DNA from: Catajapyx aquilonaris
Lineage: Eukaryota
DNA length: 64,000 bases
Direction: 5' to 3'
Assembly: GCA_000934665.2 (NCBI GenBank)
Contig: KZ538226.1
Span: forward strand, 1-64,000
The first letter of the stretch is position 1. Each line of letters opens with the position of its first letter. Positions 33,401 through 48,400 of this stretch are shown in pieces. The notes below the pieces were generated by a model that saw only the letters and a list, made by a program, of their open reading frames with translations, was not told the origin of the DNA and ran no database searches. The position numbers and the translations under genes were made by a program.

Positions 33401-36400
33401 TGAAAAGCCTGTCAAAAATGTGTCGCGTGAAACACCTTTTTTTGAATCTTCTTGCTTATCTGGTTTGTTATCCGAAGAGTGTCACAAATTGCATGACAAG
33501 GGACACTGTCACGTAACAGGTGGTACGTACTGTAAGCTCACATTTAATGGCCTTTCGTAATCAGTGACGGATGGGAGGGCTCTGTCACTCTGCAGATTGA
33601 TTGCAAAATGCTGTTTACACCCGCATAAATATTGCGCGTCATACTGATGCACGTACAGAATAAATTCCCTTGTGCAATGTTTGACATTTGACTGTTACTT
33701 CTGAAGGGATATAAACGCGTGGTGGCTTACCTTCGGAGACGAAGACGTGGATGGTGGCAGGTTCGGTGTTGGATGCCCTGCAGCTGTAATTGCCCGAATC
33801 GGAGTATCGGACGTCGTTGATTGTGAGTCTGCTGTGTGTCTTGGGTCCTGGCTCCGTCTGAACGCTGATTCCTCCTCGAGCCGTGTCGTAGTTGATCATC
33901 CGCTCGTTATGGTACCAGAACACGTACTGGGGAGGCGTCGGGCTCTGCAACACATCACAAAACGTTGGGACCAAACCTTAGCCAGGGATTACCATCCACC
34001 CCACCACCCACACAGGTCCAATCGGAAGGAAGTTTCAGGCAGGAAATGACAGCTAAGTTGTCATTTATCAACTGCCAACTGTACGGCAGTTGCACTAAAA
34101 TGTACTGTACACTCAACATTTGTTAAAAAAGCTGATGCTAAGTTGTTGAGATTCCAGAGTGACGCGATCTACTTTTATTAAGTGCAACGGACGTAATTTG
34201 AGCTAGGCTTGGAGATTGTATCATGAGTGTGTAGCCTGATGAGTGTTGAGCCAGCAACAATTAGTCGCAGGCGATAGAAGCCCAGGCTGCAAGTGCTGCG
34301 GACACGGAGCGAATTCCTAGCACACGTTGGGGGATAGCTTTTCCGGGAATTTCTGCCGCAATCAGATGGAGACAACGCGGGGCTCGAAATTAGGCAAGTG
34401 GGCGGTGGTCCTTTCCGAATCGTGTTTCTCCCGATGATTTACAGGCCTGGCTCAGCTAATTGCTTTGACGCTCCAGATCTCTATAGTCTGCTGCCTCGTC
34501 TAACTCTGGCGTATATTTTCCACCATGCAAGAGGACAGTGCTCCTGCATTCCTGGGAGGTGAACTACGTCCGCCAAATGACAACAATGCAAGGTCAACAT
34601 GATTTCGCTCGGATGTTGGTACAGGTTTAGGATGCTTTCGTTTCTAGGCCCCTGTATTATGAGGCGGATTACCTCTCATTTATCATTGGCTTACACATGT
34701 ACAGGGATCCTGCAACCTGGTAATCTCCAAGAGTCATGGAGTATGTACAGTATACGTGAGGGAATGCCCATTTGCAGTAGGTAAAATTCATTAGGCCTAA
34801 CTCCGCTATGCCATAACAAAGGGAAGAAAGAATAGGAAAAGTGACCTGGCCCACTATATAATTTTTAAGTGCAAATGGTGGCCAGAAATTAAGTGTCAGC
34901 CCTAATTAGCGCCACAAAATGCAAAGCAGACGGCATCAAACGCATTCCAGAATATACTATCCGGATTAACAAAACTCTTTATACATTATTCAGTAATATC
35001 CATTAAAGTCATACCGCATTACTAAAATGTTGCCCTTTTGTCCAATCGCAGGAATTCATAGCCTTCAGAATCTCCTGCGTATATACTAAAAATGTGGTCT
35101 GAATTACAACCACACCCTGTACATCCAGGAGAATGAAAAGTGCTACTATTTTTTCCCCCCCTCGAGACTTTTTCTCAAATGAAACGTGCCCCGTCCAGCA
35201 GCTGCGGCTGAAAGCTCGGATGAAGTCTGACCTTTTTACAACTGACCAAGATATTGTGTCCAAGCAGCATCCATTTATCACGAGTAGACCTGGTTTTATA
35301 TGGCTGGCATTTTTTTGTGCTTGTGTGTTGGTTACATGTGGGGAAGATAGAGTCATTACACGCCTCATCATCATAGTGCGGATAATTCCATATGTCGGAA
35401 TTACTAAACCGCTGCCACTCATTACTGTGCGTGTGAGTATATATGCTGCGTTGCAACTTTTTCTGGGGGGGAAAAGCTGACATGTTAAGAGATTACGTCG
35501 CTCGGTGCACTGACAACTCTCTGTACGCGAGCCTGACAATGCAAGGTTTATTTCAGATGGATTTTTGCATTATTTGGTTTTTGATCGGCCTGCGGTTTGG
35601 TGGAAACAATAGTCATTTTGTGTAAATGGACGGCCTCAACCGTGTAAGGAATTTCATTCTTGAAAGGCATGCAATCGATATGGTGCAGCGTCGGTTGTCC
35701 CTGGTTTTGTGGAACAAAACTGAATATTTGGGGGGGGGGGGTTACTCTATTTGAGATGGTTTTTAAAAATCTATGCAGCGTATATCACACAATTACCGTA
35801 GTTATAAGAAACGGTTCATTAGTAAATCACAGTAAAACATCCAGCAAAAAAGGTCGCTTTGAAAAGCACCGCTTCATTTGCTAGTGAACTGTCTTGGTAA
35901 TGACTAGCACTAAAAGTAATTGGTGCATCCCCCTCCAGTTAAGCGGAAATTTACCTGGACATACAGGTATAATTTGCTCCGTTTCACACTGGACAGGCTA
36001 GTTTAGAACCGGTTTGATGCAGCTTGGATGGGCAATAAATACAATTTATATTTTTTACTCCGGATCAAACATGGATAGGTTATTTTTTTCCCCGCGTCGA
36101 TGCCTGATTGTCAAATGCTGAAAAATCTGCTTTTCAATCTGTCAGACTGGATGATTCATTCACATTAGCTCGGAATTTCAATCCAATCGAATCAATCATC
36201 AACGGAGATTTTAACTTCAGTTAGCACTTATCCGAGCTTACCCATGCACATAATCATTTTAACATGACGTTCCCATTTGGCACTCTTTTTTTGCAATGCG
36301 TTAACACTCTTGCATCTTATCACACCGATTTCCTCCCTTAGAACCTATATTAATTTGGGCCTGCATTTCACGAGTTGGTTCTGAACCGCAACAAAAAAAC

Positions 36401-39400
36401 GAAGCGAAAAGTCTCCAGCAGTTGATGCCATAGCTGGAGTCCTTATAGCATTTACTGCATCAGTTCCTGTCATATAACCAAGGCCAGGAAGAAGAAAAAA
36501 AAAACCAGAAGGAGGCTGCAGGTTACATCTTCTCTTTTCGGGCTTCCGAAGACCATTGAGACTCGCATTTACCGCTATGCGGAAGCCCCTAAAAATAAGG
36601 AGAGAAGCTTTGGGATGGGTGGGTGGGGAGGGCCGAATACCGGAAAACAAAAGCTCGAAAAATATTAGTCTGGCTGGCAGGTGTAGCCGAGAGCTGTCTC
36701 CGGAGAGCCCCAAATAAACTGGCAAAGGGACAATAAAATGACGAGCCTCTAGAGGGGCGTCAAAAGGCGCTTAGCCGCACCTGCCAACATTTTCACACTT
36801 TCCAAACCTGTATCAGACGCTTCTCTCTAGTCTTTATGGTCCGATGGACCCCAGAGCTTTCCGACGTTATGGTAATCCGGGCGTTAAGAGGTGGGCCCGG
36901 TTGCAGTTTAAGGTGAATCGAAGCGTGTAAATCCGCGGATGTCTCTCGGTTCTATCCGATCGTGGTCATCCAAGCTAGCTCGTCAACATTATTAATTTAA
37001 AAGAAAAAAAAGCGGTTACACGAGCTGTTATGGGAGTCGGAAAAACGGTCGCAAATCCATCAAGTTTCCATTCTGGGTGTAAACAGTCCTTGCGCATAAT
37101 GACCCATTTCCAATTAGGAACCGGGGTTGGTGTTAAAATTTTGGGAGCAAGTTATGCAACCGGATTTTTTTTTGGGCGGGGGGATAGTTGTCGCAGTGGA
37201 CTGGAAAAGCACTGAGCGTGCGATGCTTCTGTGCGTAATTAATGCCGAATTCATAGCCGGAAGGACGGTCAATGTTGACCGTGACAAACTGTGTCGCAGG
37301 GTCTGCACGAGAGTCGCTAATTTTTTGCAGATGTCCGAGAGGGTAAATCACTACTGCAATAAGGAGGGGGATTTTCTGATGTGATATTAAAAATTGCACA
37401 GGTCGCAATAAAATAATCAAAACGTTTCAGAACTCGATTTATCACGGAATGTCGCTCGAGTCGTTTAGCCCTAGTTAGCAATTAACTATTAAGCAAAAAT
37501 GCAGTGTTTCATGCTCATCCACAACACTTCTCTAATGTTTACACAGCTGCTTGGGCCCGGTACTTCTGTAATCACCATCATCACTCCCATAGCACCTCAA
37601 CTAATTTATATTTAAATGGGACACGTGCCCTCCCAAACCGGGCTAATTTAGTTTCGCCAATTTCTGCAGTAAGGCGTACCGATCCGACGGGTTTGTATAA
37701 ACACGCGCAGGATTTAACAACTAAAAAAAAAGAGTGTGCAGCATTTTCCTAACTAGCTCCCATTTCAATTTATATGATATATCGGCATGTGCGTACAGGC
37801 GGCCAACCTCCCATTACTTTGTTTGCAGTGCTCTATAGTGCAGCATCAATTATGACAAATTATTCCTCCCTTGCCTCGATATCGTATTTTCCACTTTGTT
37901 TAACAGAGACCGTGTTTGTCCACGAAATGGCGGCTTTTAATTTCAATACTGGTAGAGTATGGGAGGGAGGGTAGGGTTGAAGCTCGTAAAGCACGGTGGC
38001 ATACTAAACTGACGCCTCCCTTCAGGACCAAGTGTGGTGTGAAATGTTTCAAAAAAAAAGAGGACCCTCCAGTGTTGCTGCTGCGATACGCTCTGAAACA
38101 AGAATTGTCCGGCAGTCAACCTGCGTAATGGCCCTCTGTTTACTCTGCATGTCAGGGGAAATGGACACCATTTTTCTAACTAATCGACTGCATTTAGGCA
38201 CGATGGGAAACCACCACTCCAACAGCGTAAAAAATAAAATGTGACAAAAAGCTGTTGATCAAACCTGTGCGACCACCATGCCGCCTGAAGTGTCGCCCCA
38301 GTCGCAAAAGACAGGCAAAGAGCAATGTTTCGATCTACGAATATTGCAAACATCGAAAGAAATGCTTTAAAAAATCAACTAAACTAATGTGCCAATTTCG
38401 CAATATTGTTATGTATTTGCGATCATGCTAGATTCGATATTTTATTCAGTATCGATCCAGCGATATGGAAATAGATATCGAACCCGACCCTAGCTCTCAT
38501 AAGTCCAACGAACAGCTGAAAGTGAAGTCTGGCGTTCAACGAAAGGAGATACAGCAGTTTCTGGGGAATTACACCTCGAGGCGAGAATGGAAATCATTAG
38601 CAGGCAGCCATAGCGCAGAAGACAATCGACCAAGTTCCTTTCCATTAATTATTTCCACTCCCCCCACCCTCCTGCCATCCTGTTACAATTTGCGCTTCCT
38701 TTATCTCCTCCTTGAAGCCGAGTAATTATCATAAGCTTTAGGTGGCGGTTATGCGTCTGCGGATAAGAGTCGTCCGGCTCCTTATTACTACTGACTCCTC
38801 TCTTAGAACCATTTAGGGACCTATTCAAAGGCCAAGCCAAATGCATCCATGTTCGCTTTTCTTCCCCTAATAAAGACTCGCACCTCCGGAGGAACAATAT
38901 ACAGAAAATTATCATAATTTTGAACCATCCCCGAGTCCGTCTTAATCAACGATTCCGGAATGCGATTCATATCCCCCCCCCCCTCCTATTCATTTTGCAT
39001 CCCCCCACCCTCCCTCAAGAGAACGATGGGATGAGGATGATGTAAAGTGATTCTGCACCTTTTGCCACTTAGTTAAGGCCCACTTAAGCCCCTGCCACAT
39101 TTTCCTCTCGGCTGAAGAGGGAATCTATTACGCAGATCACCAAAGATCTTGGGGGCTTTATGCTGCGTGAGAAATTAACGGGATGGAAGTAACAGATGGA
39201 GGAGGTAAACATGGCAGGGCTTCTCTATAGGCCTTAGCAGGAAGTCTCAGTAAATGTTTATGGACGGAATTGTATAGCAATGGTGTACTTCTAATTTCCG
39301 ATAATTAACAAATCGCTATAGATACTGTGATTCAGCAGGTTTTGTGCAACAACCAGCAGAGAGCGTCCATCTGTCGACTCAGAGGCCAATGGAGGGGGAA

Positions 39401-42400
39401 AAAAAGACGGCTCAAAAAACTGGTGAAAAGGGGGGAACTAATGAGGGAAGGAAGATAAGGCTTTGATATGATGGCGACTCTGCGGGGGCATCCAGTTTTG
39501 CTCGGTTTTCATGTCTGCTCGTGATGGCGTGGATTTCAGTGCATTTGCCAGGACAGAACGGAAGAAAAATCGTGGGGATAAAAAGACAAACAGTCCTGTT
39601 TGCTTCCGGCGGCTCATTTCCACAGCCTGTTGGTCTCCGGGGCGATAAAAACGGATTGTCCATTTTGTTTCCTTCCAAGCTCTAGGACCGCCTTTCGGTG
39701 TATTTCAGCAGCACCAGTCTCTAGCAGAAAAGGCCAATGGGACTCATCGGCCTCGTTACACGTCCTTCCGAAATCACGAGCCTCTGCCTCAATAACCACC
39801 GGGATGAAGCAACAACAAAAAATACTAAAAAATAAAAACCATCCCGTGCACTTTCTCAGGGCTTATATACAAGGGTGCAGTTATTGGAATCCAGGCTCTT
39901 TTCCCATGGCCCTCGCATATACGGACACGCGGATATATGGAAATATCAGCTGCTGGCACCCGCATGTTGCTGCCCCCCTTGTATACAAAAATCCCCCACG
40001 AATTGCTACCTCTGTAATCAAAAGGAAAAGGTAAAGCCCCTGGGGTTTAAATGACCGAAGCACGATGTGAGGGTGTGCAGCAAAATTCCTCAATACAAAC
40101 AGAGAGGTCAACAATTCAACAGTTTGCTGAAATCATGATATAAACCGGTTGACGGCTTTAATGCGAATGAAACAGTTTCTCCGGACAATATGACAAAAGT
40201 CGAGTTGAAGCCTTGACTAATTACCTGCAAATTCAGAGTCCCATTCGAATGCAGATGACTACTTAAATCCTCCCTTTTAGGAACCCCATTACCACATACA
40301 AAGGTGCCAACAAAAACCTCCTCGACTTTTACCCTGGAGCATTCCACACCACATTAATCAATTTGTTGTTCGGATCCCCTTGACAACTTTACGAGAGACC
40401 AGGCCTTCCCCCCCCTTTCATAATTCCAATGTGAGTGATTTAACACGACAGCTTAAGTATCCTGCTGGAACAATTAGGTTAATGCGCGACCGCCCCCCTT
40501 TTGCAATTGTGTTTGTGTTGCGGTGTCAAAAGGACAAGTGTCCGGAGAGGTCTGGAGAAAACAACCGAAATGGACGCCAACAGCCCCAAAAAGCTATCCG
40601 AAAGTACCAACAGGAGACAGCTGAGGTCGGTGGAGAAAAAGAGAGAGAGAAAAAAAGGGGGCCATATTTGGCCAGGGTTTCTAAAAGCTGAATGTAGTTT
40701 TTTGAGGGAGGGAAGAAGGGGGGGGGGGAGGAGAGGCAGAGGGGGAGAAGAAGCAAGCAAGAAAGAAAGAAAGAAAATGAGAAATGCACATCCGTTTGTG
40801 ACAGTTGTTGCAAGAAGCTGGCTGCCACTTTACTTCTTTCCCAGGAGATTGCCTCTGCTGAAAATGGGTTGTGACGAGTCAGATTGCAAGCCAGGAAATT
40901 TTCTACACTCGATGAAACCCACTACCTTCTGCAGGACATGACAAGATGGCGAACTCTACCCTTGACCTTGACTAATAATAAGATGGCGTCTTGCAATGGA
41001 AGGTCAATTTCGAAGGAAAAAAAATTGGCAGTATGGAAAAATTTATCCTAACGATATGGTTATTATTCTTTTAATAATTATTAGATATTAAAGAATGAAC
41101 AGCATGCAACAATGAAGCTTGTAATTTAAGCTTTGTGACGTCAGTACTCTGGCTGAGTGAGTAATAAACAACTTGTCACAGCTAAACGTTAAGGAATAGG
41201 AATGTTGACAAGATTGAAGGTTCGATTTGCATACTAAAGAGTCAATCACATTTTGCTCCATAAATGGATTTAGTCGTAGCGTAAATGTCCATGACGTTTA
41301 TATTCTGCTGGCAAAGTCCTTATTTTGACAGAGCAATTACAGCCCTCATATATAGAAACGTTTAAACTAACACAAGAGCAACTGTGGACCCTTCCAGTTT
41401 GAATATGATTGTCCATCATTTCAGATCTTTCAACTATTTTCACCATCGATGTGTGACTATTCCTATAGTTGGCTGGTTCTCTGACGTCAGACGCAAGGTC
41501 CTCTCTCCCTGAACAGAAATTTCAGCTGGTCTCGTCATCTGCTGCAGCTTTTGCCCAGCAGCTTGTTCCTGCAGCACAGATGAGTCCCCATCAGCTTGGA
41601 TGCCAGGACCTTCCTTTCAGTTTTGCCTACCGGATGCAGGCGCAATCTGAGCCCCTTTCCGGGGGAAAGCCACCGGAAATGCCTCAAGACGGAAGGTTAT
41701 CAACTCTTGGCTCCGGGATCCAGCTGGATTCGAATCCCCAAGCGGATCAGATTCGACAGCATTATTCCCGAATGAAACTTGGCGAGGAAACTTGGTGTCA
41801 TATCCGCTCAACTCTACAGAAAGAGGCGGCGATGCGGAAATTAGACGCCGGGGGTAAAAAAAAAGCATGAACAGTATGTATACTGTACGTCTAGTGTCAT
41901 CCTATTAAAATCTGTGTTGGAGCACAGGTGCATGTTAAAGCCTTGGGTGTACCTGAGGGATGTTCTGTTGCAAATTATTAAGTAACGCTTTGGTGCCAGA
42001 TTATCTGCAGCTTATAGTGTTAAAAATTTAGCAAAATTGCGTAAGCTATATTTTCAACTGATTAGATGATATAATAATATGCATGGGAAAATGGGATGAG
42101 TACTTAACACCGAAGCTCTCAGCAATATTGCAGTGTGAGATAGTTTTTTTTTGTCAAAAGCAGATGTTAGTTAATCTAGTTGAATGTTCACGTACTAAGT
42201 ACATGCAATTTTTAAATTTTCACAAAACAAAATTAGCATCATGCAGGATAAAAATGTGCCTAAAGGCAAACAGTTTTATATGCACTTTGATACAACATAT
42301 ATTTTTTAATGTGTGTAAATAAACTAGCTTTCGCTCACGGCAAAAAAATGCATTAATACCTGCCAATACCTCACCAAAAAATTCACAAACGCGTAACTTC

Positions 42401-45400
42401 CAACTGCAGTACTGGTGATGAAATTAAGTTCAAAAATGCATAACATGTTGCATTATTCATTTTGCCTTTGGGAATCAGATGAGTTAAAACTAATGTAAAG
42501 GCCCTCATATATATAACGAATATTTAATTAACCTTCCTTCGACACCATGTGAACAGAGGTTACGGAATATTTACTTCCGCCTTTTTCCGCCTTTTTTTTT
42601 GCTTCGTACTGACTCTGAAAATAATAATAATCCACGTGGCATTGTCGCCGCAATCACTTATTCATCAGTCCGGCGACAGTTGTTTGACTTACACTGCCAG
42701 AATAGCCCAACAATTTCCTATCTCGCGAAACTCAAACCCCTACTAGCAGATACCCATCTGTTTACTTGGACTTGAGCAATAATTAGATCCCCCCCCCCTC
42801 TTTCAATTGAATGGTTGCGCTAATAGAGGTGTCGCCACAGCTATTGACTGAAGCGGTGGCGAAATAACATGGATTTTTGTTTCTTTTTTCATTCCCTTTT
42901 CCTCCCGTAAATGCCGGACGACTGCAATTCCGAGGACCTATTTCATTCATCGCTTCGGCTGTTGCTCCATCACGCAATGTACAGGTCGATACACTAATCA
43001 ATTACAGGAACGCCTGTCCGCCGTAATTGGAACCAGAGAACCTGTAGGAGTTGTTCAGAACCGCCCCCCCGGTCCAGGTACACAGGATGTTTCATAACTG
43101 ACACACTTGGGCAATAGTTTGGTGAATGGTTCTCAGTTCAAAAATTAAAGTACCCACAGCCTAACTCTTTCGCATCAGACCGGATCTCATTTACAAGCAG
43201 CTATGTCTTCATTGGTTTGCTCTCGGCGATGACTACAGGAGGAACGAGGCGTTGTCTTCCTCGTTGTAAGGACCTCAAAAGGGCTCCTCCTTTTGCACAA
43301 AAGGGGTACACACACAAGGGGGCTTTTACTAGGTAAACAAGTCGACGGTGAAAAGGAATCAGGCGTCATTCTCCATTTCCCCTTTGTACTCGCTGCAAAT
43401 AAGGGTCGCCTCAATGGAGCAGCCGGAGGTGTACAAACTAAAGCCGAAGTATGTGCGCAGAGGTCAGGGCGCATTCTGGGGGGCATTAATGGCAAGGGTT
43501 GCGTATTAAACTTGCTGAGGAGGTTGCCTGAGAAGGTAAGGTCGCACGAAGGGGCCATTTTCTTCACGAATTTCCATTCCACCGGGTAATAACATGGCAT
43601 CGACGATTCATTGACTTTGACCGCATACCGGTTTGCGTCGGGCTCCTACCTGCACGGGGAGGGGGGATTTAATTGCGCTTTTTTTTGGATGTACGTGTGT
43701 GTGTGTCGGCCCTTTCCGTCAGAATCGCATGGAAATGACCTCTAAATCTACGGGTCGGGTGGTTTTTTTTAAAAGTGCGCTGATGCACGCCAAAGGGCAA
43801 TGATCACTGCTTGGTACTGTAATTCCGCAAATAGGCTGTCAAGTGCCCTGTTACCGGTGTCACAAAAGCGGTGTAGAGTGGACTGGTCGATCAGGACTAA
43901 AACGTCCATTAATTAATTAAATAAACGAACCAAAAATTGTCAGGTGTGACGATAAACATATTGTACTCTTTCCCATTGAGGCAGTTTTATTCTCAGGCTT
44001 TTGTGTCTATAAACATGAGCTGTTAGTATTAGGCAAAAGGGATGATATACAGGAAACAGTAAACCAGTTTGGTTTCCATTATATGAACTTTACAATAGAC
44101 GTGAACATGTATTCATCTCTGGATAGTGTCGTTAGAGGTAACAAGATATTTCTGCTCATATAGCGTGTGTTGGATTCTTAGACATTGCAATACAGTTCTC
44201 GCTCGAACGGTATAGAATAGGTAGGCTGTCCTTTTCTTCCCTTCTGCTTCCAGGCATGAACTCGTCTGTTGGTTTTTGTGTAGGTCTCACTCAAAGGGAT
44301 CATCCAGAAGAAACCGGATCAGGAGACAGATAACAAGGGACAGGATACCCCTAAAGCACCTTCTCTGCTGAACTTCATTAACAAGCTATATCGATCCCTG
44401 TCAATAATCCTGAACCAAAATGTTCTCTACATGGATAAAATCATCTGAACTACAAAGGGCATAAAAAAGGTAAAGTTTCATTCCTGCAGATCCAAGGCTC
44501 TTTTATGGTGCACTGACCCTCATTTTTGATATGTGAACTTGTGCGCCACCCTGTATTGTATACGGTCAGATTGTCACTATAGCAGCAATTGCTATGGTGA
44601 CCATACCTGAAGAAACACTGCACAAGATCAAATCTCTTTGATTCACTCTGGGTATGACGTATGATCTTATATTATCCAGGCTGACCAGTTTTTAATATGT
44701 AGGGAGGAAGTCTACGAGTACCAAGTGAAGCATCATTCTCTGTTGCATTGTATCGTATCGAGTCCACTTCACCTGATATCCCGTGCATGTATTCCCCATA
44801 CCTCATGAAATCATGGGGGCTTACGATCATCAGAGTCCAGATTCCAGGACCTTCATGCCCACATGTGCATTCCTATTCCTTATACCTCGAGGAAAAGATG
44901 GGGCCAGTAAGTCACAAGGACAAAGAGTTTCCGAGTGGCTTGAAGGCCTCCTCCCTAGATCACAGAGTCTTCATCAAGGCTTGCCTTGGACCGAGGAAGA
45001 GGCCATGCACGCCCTCACTTTTTTCCTCCCCCAAATGACCAGAAATATCTCAAAAGAAGTCTCCTCCTTATCTCCAGTCCTGGCCGATATAGAGCCAGGG
45101 CTTGAACAATTTCTGCGGATGAAATGAAGCTATTTGCATTGATGCGGGCAAGTGAAGTGTGAGTGAGTGGCAGTCAGACAAATGTTGGAGGTGCAGGGAA
45201 GGAGAAGGAGGGCCTTTTGCAAGGAAGCACTTATGCTAATGCGGTTTCTTGTGAATTATTCGTAGGAGAAGTGAAGTTTTGGGATGCTGGGTTTGCAAGG
45301 CAGGAAAAAGAAGGTGGGTGTGGGAGGGGGCGGGGGGAAAGGGGAAAAGCCTGCTGCTAATGTCTTCCACCCTTCTGTATTCGAGGGGCCGGCCTGTTGT

Positions 45401-48400
45401 GCTGGGGGGGCTCATGTTGCGAAAACATCTGCCCTGCTGGGTGTTTCCCTTATTACTAAATCAATAACAGAAGCCCCAGGAAACACCGCCACCAACTTTT
45501 TCCATACGATCACTTTGGCCTAGGTCACTGATTTTTTTTTGGAGGGAGCAGGACCTCCAAAAAAAAATAATAAGGTGGTCCTGTATCGTTGCATCGAGGA
45601 CAAAGGTGTCTGATATTCTTTCTGATATTGAGGATTTCCACAGTCGCACGTTGTGGCATGGTTCACTTTTCGTCATGTTCACAAGTTGCGAAATTTTGAA
45701 AAAGTTTATGTGAATCAGCATGCAGTCAATTATTCAGGATAATCTGGCAACATTGCCTCTTTGCCAATCTTCACTTTATAATCTCCTCATGTACATTTCA
45801 TTGATGCCACGGTTTTGCAAAGAGCAGCTTAACAATGTAGAGTGCATTAGTACAAAAACTAGATCGCAATTTTCTGAACAGCCAAAAGGTTGTGATCCCA
45901 GCAACAGAATTTTTCATAATACTTGATAAATCCTCTGCTATCTGGCTTGGATATAGCAACATGCTATTATTTCGTTGCGCATAAGTCGATTTTAAAAAGA
46001 GAGAAAGTTGCAGGCAACAAACGGTATTAAGGTAGTGTGTACTGTAAGTGCGCAATGCAACTAATCCGATTTTAGTAGTTATCACCATCAGGTAACTCCA
46101 GCTTTCACTGCAGTGCCGATTCAATTTTAGCAGCAAAGCATATTACTTAAACGCATTTTACTGCACACCTGAATGAGATTAGTGGGCAGTAAAAAAAATA
46201 TATCCCGAACCGCCTTTTTTCCCGTGCCGTCACGAAATTTCAGTTGGCAATAATTCTAGCGCACTAAAATAACCAAAGTGGCGCCTGAAACATTTCGTTT
46301 ATAACCTCGAGGTTTTCATTACTACAACATTTCTTTTTTCCACATCCTTATAGCGCTACTGGACTGAGCACTAAACTTATTTCGACCTGCCATTATACAA
46401 TCGTCCTTGGGCAGAACATACACACCTCCCAGCCATATCCACCGAAAAAGAGCATTACTTTTTCTTATAAAAAGCTCCGCCCAACTCTTTTGACACCGGC
46501 CCTTCTTCCTATTGGGATTAACTTCCCCCATCTCGACAAACTTCTTTTTTTTCCTTTTCATTTCTACGAGAGTCTGGCACACACAAAAAATGATGAAGGT
46601 TCTACCATTAAGATAATGGGCTGCATTTCTGAAGGGACATTCCAGCAGACGGATCGAACCACGTTTTCTAGGGGAGGGGGGTTGGTCCGATTCTAATCCG
46701 GACGAGACCTGGAAAAGGCAGCAGAAGCAATCAGCATCCCTATATTACTTGGTAAGGGAGAATTCCTCCCATGCTTCATCATCCCAACCACGCATAGTAC
46801 GAGGTCACTGTCAAAAAAAAATCATTCCGGGTCAGAGGTAGCCTTGCTCGAAAAAACGTGTTCCTTAAGCAGTATTTACGATCCAGCGCTTGCTCGTTAG
46901 TTTCCTCATGAATTCGTCGACAAATTCCTTTAACGAATCCCTAAAACCCGGTTTTTATGAGCTGCTCTCATCAATCATCCTTTCCTCATTTCATTAAAAA
47001 TTTTCTCAAAACTCCGGGTGGGTGGTATAAGGAGTGGAAAAAAGAAAGGCGGCAGTCTTCTTAACTAAGATTGGTGCTGCCGGCATATTTCACTCCGGAA
47101 GAAGGAAAAAAAAAAAGTAACGGACGTGTCAGTTTTTTTTGGCTGGGGGGGGNGGGGGGGGGGGGGCATCGAATATTGCTATATTCCTCCCTCAGGATTA
47201 ATCAGTTGATCCGGGAGTCAATTGGGAACCGGGTGAGCAGGAAAATGTCGACAAGCATCACTTTTGACGCCTCTACTAATAATTCGGGAAAGTAGGGTCC
47301 TAGAGTGTGTCCGGTCTCGAATGGGGGAGATTGGAATGGAGCAAGGGATGCTGTGGAGGAGGGGGAAAAAAAAGAGACGGAGACAAATTGAGATGTCAAA
47401 GTGGAGGGGAGCTTAACCAAGCATTATTTCGGCTGACACTTTGATTACTTCTGTTTCGCCACACTCTCTCTCTTCGCCTGACCACATTTTGAAACAGACA
47501 CCCCCTGGAGGTAAAGGCAAGGTTGCCATTTTCTGCGGCAAACATCGCCACATTCGCACCTGGCTTTTTGCAATTCCAGCGGGCTGTAATTGCGTCTGTT
47601 TGGTGCAAAACAGACGTCGCGCTTTAATAAACGTTTGCTCAAGCAGTAGCAAAAGGAATTTTCCGTGGCTCTGGATCCTGGGGAAGGAATTGCGCTTAAT
47701 CACGGCGATGGGAGGGAAATGAGTACAATTAAGCAGGGGGGGGAGGTGAAAGGAATCCAATATAGGGCGAGCGGAAAACGAAGGTAAGCCTATTAGAAGA
47801 GGAAATTAAAGCAGGCTCGATGCTAGGCTGTGCAACCTGGATGCTAGACTTAAGAGATGTGCTGCGAATATCGGTTGAGAGAGCCTTGCAGATAGGAATG
47901 TGGTAGAGAGAGAGAGAGAGAGAAACAATGTGCAGGAAAGCAAGCCGCATTCGGCCAAGAAATTGCCATTCTCGTGGAGAGGAACTGGATTTCCGGACTG
48001 CTGTTGTCTGCTTGCAGTTGTTGGGAACGTACAGCCTGCAAGGGCTCCATGCAGATTGCCGGTTGCAATTACATGCCGCACTTCGCCGAAAATGCTCTCT
48101 AATGACACTGCCAGACTTAGTGCTAATCATCGCTCTTATCTCTCTACCGGGCGATGCGGGGATGCATGTGACGCTTTTGACTTGCTGCTGTGTGTTGTTT
48201 TTCTGGACAAAGCTGCTGGATGTTGCTCAAAATGCAGGTGACACTTGAAATCGGATTATCTTTGTCGAGAGTAGGTGGCCAACATATCCATGGGGAGCAT
48301 GTGCCCTAGGAGTATATTGGTCTATTAGAGGTCACTTTGCGGACAGAATTTAAACCAAACTTGTTTATCTACAATATTTGTAATGCTCTTTGAACCCTTC

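Noticed and set aside
32980..33560. ORFs just downstream of the Ig2 exon considered as the Dpr terminal exon
   Set aside because: No suitable phase-1 acceptor or Dpr-like sequence. The exon at 30485..30376 fits far better.
35009..35539. 176-aa minus-strand ORF in the dpr12 intron
   Set aside because: No recognisable domain or convincing splice context, and several overlapping ORFs of similar quality; likely chance.
40380..40941. Overlapping ORFs with Lys/Arg/Gly-rich or Pro/Leu-rich runs
   Set aside because: Produced by low-complexity purine tracts.
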